Part shown: positions 58,647-64,000 of the stretch, one piece after another | Position numbering within the stretch: the first letter of the stretch is position 1 | How the letters are laid out: each line of letters begins with the position of its first letter | Source: Candidatus Nanohaloarchaea archaeon | Lineage (GTDB): Archaea > Nanohalarchaeota > Nanosalinia > Nanosalinales > Nanosalinaceae | Assembly: GCA_041639695.1 (NCBI GenBank) | Contig: JBEQBQ010000001.1 | Coordinates: 1-64,000 of the forward strand | DNA length: 64,000 bases | Reading direction: 5' to 3' | Program-made: the position numbers and the translations under genes | The notes under the pieces: model-generated | What the model was told of the DNA's origin: nothing | Seen by the model: only the letters and a program-made list of their open reading frames with translations | Database searches by the model: none

Positions 58647-59354
58647 ATGAAACTCCTGATTATGGTTTCAGTAGTCGAAGTCCTGGCCAACCTAACGCTT
58701 TTACTCGATCTAACATTAATAGCAGCTCTTGGACTTTACGGCTACACCAAAATATTTGGAAACAAACCCGAACTATTCGGACTGCTTGAAAAAGCCGAAA
58801 GAGTTCTCAATCGGTTTGGAAACGAACTTGTATTCTTATTATCTCTTACAGCGACTTCCGGAAGCCTTTACATGTCACAGATACTTGGCTGGACGCCATG
58901 CATGCTCTGCTGGATTCAAAGAGCTTTTATCTATCCTATAGCAGTAATTTCCGGACTTTTCCTAGCCTCAAAATATATTAACAGACAGGAAATCTTTGGT
59001 TTCCGTAAGGAAAGCTTCCGCGACTTCGGGATCGCAGCTTTCTTCCTAGCAGCCAGTTACTGGAACAAGTTCTTCCTTTTAGGCTTCACAGTATTCCTGG
59101 TCGCAAAGTTCTTCCTTGAAGACATCAGGATGAAGGACTATGTATTACCTCTAGCCACTCTAGGACTTCCTGTCTCCATCTACCACGCTCTTGACCAGAG
59201 AATAGTCCAGTTCAGTGAAGCAGGTTGTTCACTGTTCGAAGTATCCTGTAAAACAAAGTACACGTTCCACTACGAGTACATTACTATCCCGGTAATGGCT
59301 GCAACGGCTTTAATGGCAATAATTGTCTTGATGTGGAAATATTCGGATGAATAA
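58647..59354 (+). CDS. dsbB: Disulfide bond formation protein (DsbB/BdbC family)
   Basis: GSLYMS, PCMLCWIQR..IYP, SIYH, second Cys pair, ITIPVMA. Confidence 0.88.
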   Translation: MKLLIMVSVVEVLANLTLLLDLTLIAALGLYGYTKIFGNKPELFGLLEKAERVLNRFGNELVFLLSLTATSGSLYMSQILGWTPCMLCWIQRAFIYPIAVISGLFLASKYINRQEIFGFRKESFRDFGIAAFFLAASYWNKFFLLGFTVFLVAKFFLEDIRMKDYVLPLATLGLPVSIYHALDQRIVQFSEAGCSLFEVSCKTKYTFHYEYITIPVMAATALMAIIVLMWKYSDE

Positions 59355-60332
59355 CTAGTTTACCGTGTTCTCACGGCTTCTTATATTTTCCAGTGTCGTG
59401 TCAGCAATCCTTTGCATAGCCTCTTTACTGTTGAAAGCGTTATGTGGGGTTATGATGACATCGTCCCTCTTCATCAAAATATGGTCCTCGAGAATCAGTT
59501 TAGGATCACATTCGTCCTCAAGATCGCCCATTACCTCGATATCGTCCTCAACATAGCATTCTTCTTCAAGAACGTCAAGACCTGCCGCACCAATATTATC
59601 ATTTTCTAATGCCTTAATCAAGGCTTCTGTATCCACAAGTTCTCCTCTAGCCGTGTTAACAAGTAAAGAACCGTCCATCAACTCAAACTCATCTTTTGAA
59701 AGAAGATGGTGGTTTTCATCGGTTAAAGGGCAGTGAAGCGTTACAATATCAGCTTTTTGCAGTAAATCTTCTGTACTGACGTACATAAAACCTAGTTCCT
59801 CTGCCACGTCATCCTTCGGGTAAGGATCCGATGCGATCACGTTCATATCAAAGCCGTTCGCGATACGGATAACGTTCTGGCCTATAGTGCCGGTACCTAT
59901 CACGCCCAAGGTTTTGCCTTTCAGATCAAACCCTTTCAAACCGGAATGGTCGAACTCACCTTCCTCGACCGTTTCAACTGCCTCAGGTATCTTTCTCGAC
60001 AGTGAAAGAATGAGTCCGAACGTATGTTCTGCTACAGTGGTTCCGCCGTACGCCGGAACGTTACATACATCAATTCCTTCCTCTGAAGCCTTCTCAAGGT
60101 CCACATGGTCGAAGCCTGTAGAACGACAGCACACAAGGTCTGCGTCTAGTTTTTCAAGAACATTCGAGTTTAGATCTGAGGACACAAAAACAGCTACAGC
60201 ATCAAAACCTTCTGCTTTTTCCACATTATTTTCGTTAAGCGATTCCTCGAAGAACTCGACTTCAAAGTTCAATTCTTTGTCTGAAAGATACTCTTTCTCC
60301 CATTTCTCGGCGTCGAACCATGCGACCTTCAT
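59355..60332 (-). CDS. D-isomer-specific 2-hydroxyacid dehydrogenase (D-lactate dehydrogenase-like)
   Basis: RSTGFDHVD, NVPAY, GVIGTGTIG, LHCPL, NTARG, LDVLEEE, TPHNAF. Confidence 0.92.
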   Translation of the reverse strand: MKVAWFDAEKWEKEYLSDKELNFEVEFFEESLNENNVEKAEGFDAVAVFVSSDLNSNVLEKLDADLVCCRSTGFDHVDLEKASEEGIDVCNVPAYGGTTVAEHTFGLILSLSRKIPEAVETVEEGEFDHSGLKGFDLKGKTLGVIGTGTIGQNVIRIANGFDMNVIASDPYPKDDVAEELGFMYVSTEDLLQKADIVTLHCPLTDENHHLLSKDEFELMDGSLLVNTARGELVDTEALIKALENDNIGAAGLDVLEEECYVEDDIEVMGDLEDECDPKLILEDHILMKRDDVIITPHNAFNSKEAMQRIADTTLENIRSRENTVN

Positions 60333-60383
60333 ATATTCTGGAAGGGCAGGGCTTGAATAAAAACATCAGCCAAAAATTTCTGT

Positions 60384-60731
60384 GTGGAAAAAACCAGTAT
60401 AAAATCGGAGAAAGAAGAGTTCGAAGTTGAAACAGCCCGTTCGTTCCTTTCGAAAAGCTGGGGCTTAAGCCTCAGAACCAAGGGAAAAATGCTCTTCGTA
60501 TTCAATAGAGATACTAGAGCGAAAGTTGATATGATGCTTCTCTCAAACCCTCTCCACCTATACTTCCTGGATTCCGATAAGAAAGTGATAGAGGTTCAGA
60601 AGGCGGAGCCGTGGAGCCTTGATCCTAGAACGTGGAAGCTCTACTCTCCTGATAAAAAGTACAGGTACCTGCTTGAATCATTTGAAAGGCTTGAAATCCG
60701 GGAAGGCGAAACTCTGGAGTTCGAGGTTTAA
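60384..60731 (+). CDS. DUF192 family protein
   Basis: A.SF.....GL....MLFVF.....M......L.FLD...YLLE pattern. Confidence 0.75.
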   Translation: MEKTSIKSEKEEFEVETARSFLSKSWGLSLRTKGKMLFVFNRDTRAKVDMMLLSNPLHLYFLDSDKKVIEVQKAEPWSLDPRTWKLYSPDKKYRYLLESFERLEIREGETLEFEV

Positions 60732-60756
60732 AGCTTTCAACCACAAATACTCGATT

Positions 60757-61437
60757 ATGGAACTTACAAAATTCTGTCCGCGGTGCGGAAAAAAGACAGA
60801 CAATCTTTACGGTGAGAAGCAGAAGCTCTGTCCTGAATGTTATCCGGACAAGAATGATCTTCTGGAGATCCCGGACGTTGTCGCTCTTCATATCTGTTCG
60901 ACCTGTGGACGGATGAGGAAACACGGCGAATGGGTCGAAGAATACACGCTTGAAGACCAGTTAGCTGCACGTTTCGAAGAATTTTCAGATGAAGAAGTTG
61001 ATATGGAGCTTCAGTACTGGGAGGAGGACGACAAAATGTTCGTAAGAGTCCACGCGTTTAAAGGAGAGATACAAGATCATTACGACACGGAGCTAAGAAC
61101 CGAAAAACACCAGTGCCCTACTTGTTCACAGTTCGAAGGCGGTTTCTACAAGGTGAAGATGCAGCTTAGAGGAGACGCGGATCTAGACCGTGTTTCAAAC
61201 CAGATGGCGGATGTAGCCGCGGAAACCACGAACGAGGACAGAAAACACTTTCTCTCAAACATCGACAGGATGGATCACGGCTTTGACTTCTATCTCTCGA
61301 CAGAGAAAATTGCGAAAGAACTTCTTGACTCCATTAAAGCCAAGCATGATCCTGAGGTAAAGAGAAGCTATGAATTGATCGGAGAGGAAGACGGACAAGA
61401 GGTTTACAGGAACGTTATCTCGGTCCGGATAGATTGA
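60757..61437 (+). CDS. NMD3 family protein
   Basis: FCPRCG, LCPEC, ICSTCG, CPTCS...GGFY..KMQLRG; ATG at 60757. Confidence 0.9.
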   Translation: MELTKFCPRCGKKTDNLYGEKQKLCPECYPDKNDLLEIPDVVALHICSTCGRMRKHGEWVEEYTLEDQLAARFEEFSDEEVDMELQYWEEDDKMFVRVHAFKGEIQDHYDTELRTEKHQCPTCSQFEGGFYKVKMQLRGDADLDRVSNQMADVAAETTNEDRKHFLSNIDRMDHGFDFYLSTEKIAKELLDSIKAKHDPEVKRSYELIGEEDGQEVYRNVISVRID

Positions 61438-61486
61438 TTGACTTGCTTGCGTTGGAATTATTAAGGAGGAAGTTTAGATTTCGGTT

Positions 61487-62454
61487 ATGGAATCAGAGCT
61501 AAAAGAAATCTTTGATGATGAGGAGAAGGCCGAGAAGCTATCCAGAGTCCTGGATAAAGAGGTTGAACGCCGGGTCGAGGAAAAAATTAACGGCCAGAGG
61601 AGGAAAAAGAAAGTTAAACAAACTGAAGAATTTTCTCGAAGATCTTTCCTGAAAAAGGTCGGTGCTGGCGCTGCGGGTATCGGAGCGATGGGATTGGCTT
61701 CGGCATCTGGACTAAAACTGACCGAAAGCGGCGTGTCAGGAATATCGGGTTTTAATATATCGGATTCTGGGTCAGATTATTTCAGGGTTAAAGATGGAGG
61801 TCCTGTGGAGGTTCTAAATGCTGGTTTAAGGATTCCGACAGGCAAAAGCATTCAGGATGGGGGTGGCGGCGACAGACTAAACATCCTTTCAAATGGCACC
61901 TTCCTCTACGACGAATCCGGGCAAACAAAATTCGGGACACAGGATGGCTCTTATACAAGAATATACGCGGATTCTAGCCAACCATTTTACATAAGAGATC
62001 AGGAAGGAGGTTTCGATGCAGTTGAATACTCCACGTCATCTTCTAAACCTGGAACTTTCAAGCTATCTAATTCAGTGCTGAAAACAGGGAAAGCGGCTTT
62101 AGGCTCCTTTCAAACCGATATTGTACAGGACTCGGATGGCGGCCAGACAAGGATGGAGCAGTTTGAAGACACTGTTTCTCAGACTGATGTGGAAATTGCT
62201 AGCGGGTTTGAAGGTTCTTTCGTAGTTGTGTCTGGCAGATCAAACGACGGAGGGGGCGGTATCCATTTACGGACTTAGTTCTAATGACTTGGAATAATAC
62301 CTCTGCGACAACTCACTCTGTGGTGGCGCAGACAGGTAGGAATTCGCCTGCCGCCAGAAACTACAGCTCTGACACAGGATCTCTCGAACTTAATATGGCT
62401 TCGGGAACCTACAGGGTGCGAGCAGCTTCAATTGTACTAACTGTCGGAGGATAA
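61487..62454 (+). pseudogene. Twin-arginine-motif exported beta-rich protein with apparent -1 frameshift near 62252-62260
   Basis: SRRSFLKK + h-region; frame stops at 62278, while the -1 frame continues YPFTDLVL...MASGTYRV..GG to TAA at 62454. Confidence 0.6.
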
Positions 62455-62516
62455 CCGAATTTAGGTAAGGGTTGAAAGACGCTCTATTTTAAAAATCAGG
62501 GCTTTAATTAGTAGAT

Positions 62517-62828
62517 ATGCCCGAAGACGAGGAAGAAGGAGTTGGACGTGTACGTGAACCGGAAGGAAAAGAAGTGCTAGGAATCGTCCTCAGAAAAGAA
62601 GGTGGCGGAAAGTACCGCGTATACTGTACAGACGGCGAAGAAAGAATCTGCAGAATCCCGGGAAGCAGAAAAAGAGCTGTCTGGGTTAAAAGAGATACTG
62701 TAGTACTTGTTGAACCTTGGAAGGTTCAGGGCGACGAAAAAGGAGATATTGTACAGAGCTACTCTCAGGCCGAGACCGACTGGCTGGAAGATCATGATTA
62801 CTTGGATGAAATCTCTGAGTTCCTCTAA
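62517..62828 (+). CDS. eif1a: Translation initiation factor aIF-1A
   Basis: EVLGIV...GG....V.C.DG.ERICRIPG...WVK...V.PW..Q.D.KGDI. Confidence 0.95.
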   Translation: MPEDEEEGVGRVREPEGKEVLGIVLRKEGGGKYRVYCTDGEERICRIPGSRKRAVWVKRDTVVLVEPWKVQGDEKGDIVQSYSQAETDWLEDHDYLDEISEFL

Positions 62829-62891
62829 ATCTATCGTTTCGAGGATTGACAAAGGTTTAATTAAGGCGTTTTATAATTTTTTAATGTCTGA

Positions 62892-63437
62892 ATGAGAAAG
62901 ATGAAAGGTTTGAGAGCCGATTATCTCGTATTTCTGATTGTACATCTAATTACGTCGGTTCTACTTGGTTTAATGATTGCGATCAACGGTGGCGGCTACT
63001 TATGCGCGTTTGGTTCGATGGCTGGTTGCGGACCAAGCTTCCCGGTAGAGCTCTTGTTGTCCATCGGAGGGGCCGGTATCTTTTCAGGCGTATTTATAGG
63101 CGTAATTTTTCTCACGTATGGTTTATATCAGAGGCTCTCAGATCGCCGTAGCTTCGAATCTAGGCAGTTCCTAACGATTTTTCTAATCTCGGCGATGATT
63201 GCGGGTGGTTCGGCCGGTTTAGGCCTCTTCTTGGAGGAACGCGATAAAAGACAGGCCAAGATTGAAGAATGTGTTAACATAGTACAGGCGAAATATCAGG
63301 TAAAGGAAAGTCCTGTCCGTGTATCTGATCGATGTATAGAGCCGTTGAGACAGGTAACTGGGAATCAAGATCTGGCAAGTGAGGATCGTCTGCGTTACAC
63401 CAAAGACGGTATAGAGGTCGTTAATCCGGGCGGTTAA
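62892..63437 (+). CDS. Membrane protein, unknown function
   Basis: Three TM segments, Cys pairs. Confidence 0.65.
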   Translation: MRKMKGLRADYLVFLIVHLITSVLLGLMIAINGGGYLCAFGSMAGCGPSFPVELLLSIGGAGIFSGVFIGVIFLTYGLYQRLSDRRSFESRQFLTIFLISAMIAGGSAGLGLFLEERDKRQAKIEECVNIVQAKYQVKESPVRVSDRCIEPLRQVTGNQDLASEDRLRYTKDGIEVVNPGG

Positions 63438-63463
63438 ATAAGTCCGCCGTCCTGTAAAAACAC

Positions 63464-64000
63464 ATGGCCGAGGATCCACGTGACTTCGAGGAACGCTGGA
63501 GAGAAAAGTCAAGGCAGATGTTCGACTCCTCGGAGGCGAAAAAAGCCTTCCAGAACGTCTTCGATCACTCCACATCAAAGGCTTTGCTGAAGCTAGCGGA
63601 TAGAAACGTTGTTGACAAGGTGTATGGAACTATTGAGGCGGGTAAGGAATCTGCTGTTTTTCTAGCGGACACGCCTGAGGGCGACAGGGTACTTCTGAAA
63701 ATTTACATGGCGCAGGCAGGCGGATTTAGGAACATGAAAGACTATCTTAGAGGCGACAAGCGCTTCAGGAATGTAAAAGATGATAGAAGATCGATTATCT
63801 ACGAGTGGACTAAGAAGGAGTTCAGGAATCTGAAGAAAACCGAGAAAATTACTAATGTCCCTGAACCGATCTCTGTAGAAAAGAATATTCTGGCTATGGA
63901 GTTTCTAGGAGAAGATTTCTCGCCTTACCCGAAGCTGAAAGATGTAGAGATTGAAAACCCGGAAGAAGGATATCAACAGATGCTTGATAGGATTGAAAGG
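63464..64000 (+). CDS. rio1: RIO1 family Ser/Thr kinase, 5' part only
   Basis: Own translation: VFDHST..AL.KL, GKESAVF, LKIY, YLRGDKRF, W..KEFRNL, NILAMEF.G. Confidence 0.92.
   Translation, partial: MAEDPRDFEERWREKSRQMFDSSEAKKAFQNVFDHSTSKALLKLADRNVVDKVYGTIEAGKESAVFLADTPEGDRVLLKIYMAQAGGFRNMKDYLRGDKRFRNVKDDRRSIIYEWTKKEFRNLKKTEKITNVPEPISVEKNILAMEFLGEDFSPYPKLKDVEIENPEEGYQQMLDRIER

Noticed and set aside
1-64000. CRISPR array, rRNA, IS/transposase, integrase or provirus
   Set aside because: No regularly spaced repeats, rRNA-like tracts or recombinase motifs seen; no duplicated tRNA 3' ends noticed

Overview
Gene-dense 64 kb of an archaeal chromosome. Strongly acidic proteins, very short intergenic spaces and the gene content point to a small-genome halophile, most likely Nanohaloarchaeota (DPANN); this taxonomy is inferred, not searched. 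Housekeeping genes include aglB plus a partial GlcNAc-1-P transferase, secF/secD, NAC, pelota, trm5, dph5, alba, gpmI, fen1, EF-1beta, NMD3, aIF-1A, a partial rio1, tRNA-Ser(GCT) and tRNA-Arg(GCG). About half of the window encodes cell-envelope machinery I cannot assign to a characterised system. (i) 34-51 kb: paralogous membrane proteins, two coiled-coil genes, an N-terminally extended type IV filament/secretion ATPase, a double-length TadC-like platform and about 13 pilin-like genes; four of these are micro-ORFs absent from the ORF track and several lack a class III leader. (ii) 16-23 kb: four paralogous exported proteins (three with a lipobox) around a DUF63 gene. (iii) 23-32 kb: Ig/PKD surface proteins and acidic orphans. 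Small signals: a 15-aa amphipathic peptide ORF with a perfect SD and flanking inverted repeats (58.0-58.2 kb), an ~80-nt structured element (13.66 kb), LFG-acidic repeats, and a frameshifted Tat-motif gene. No CRISPR array, rRNA, transposase or integrase was seen. All family calls come from motif recognition, not database searches.
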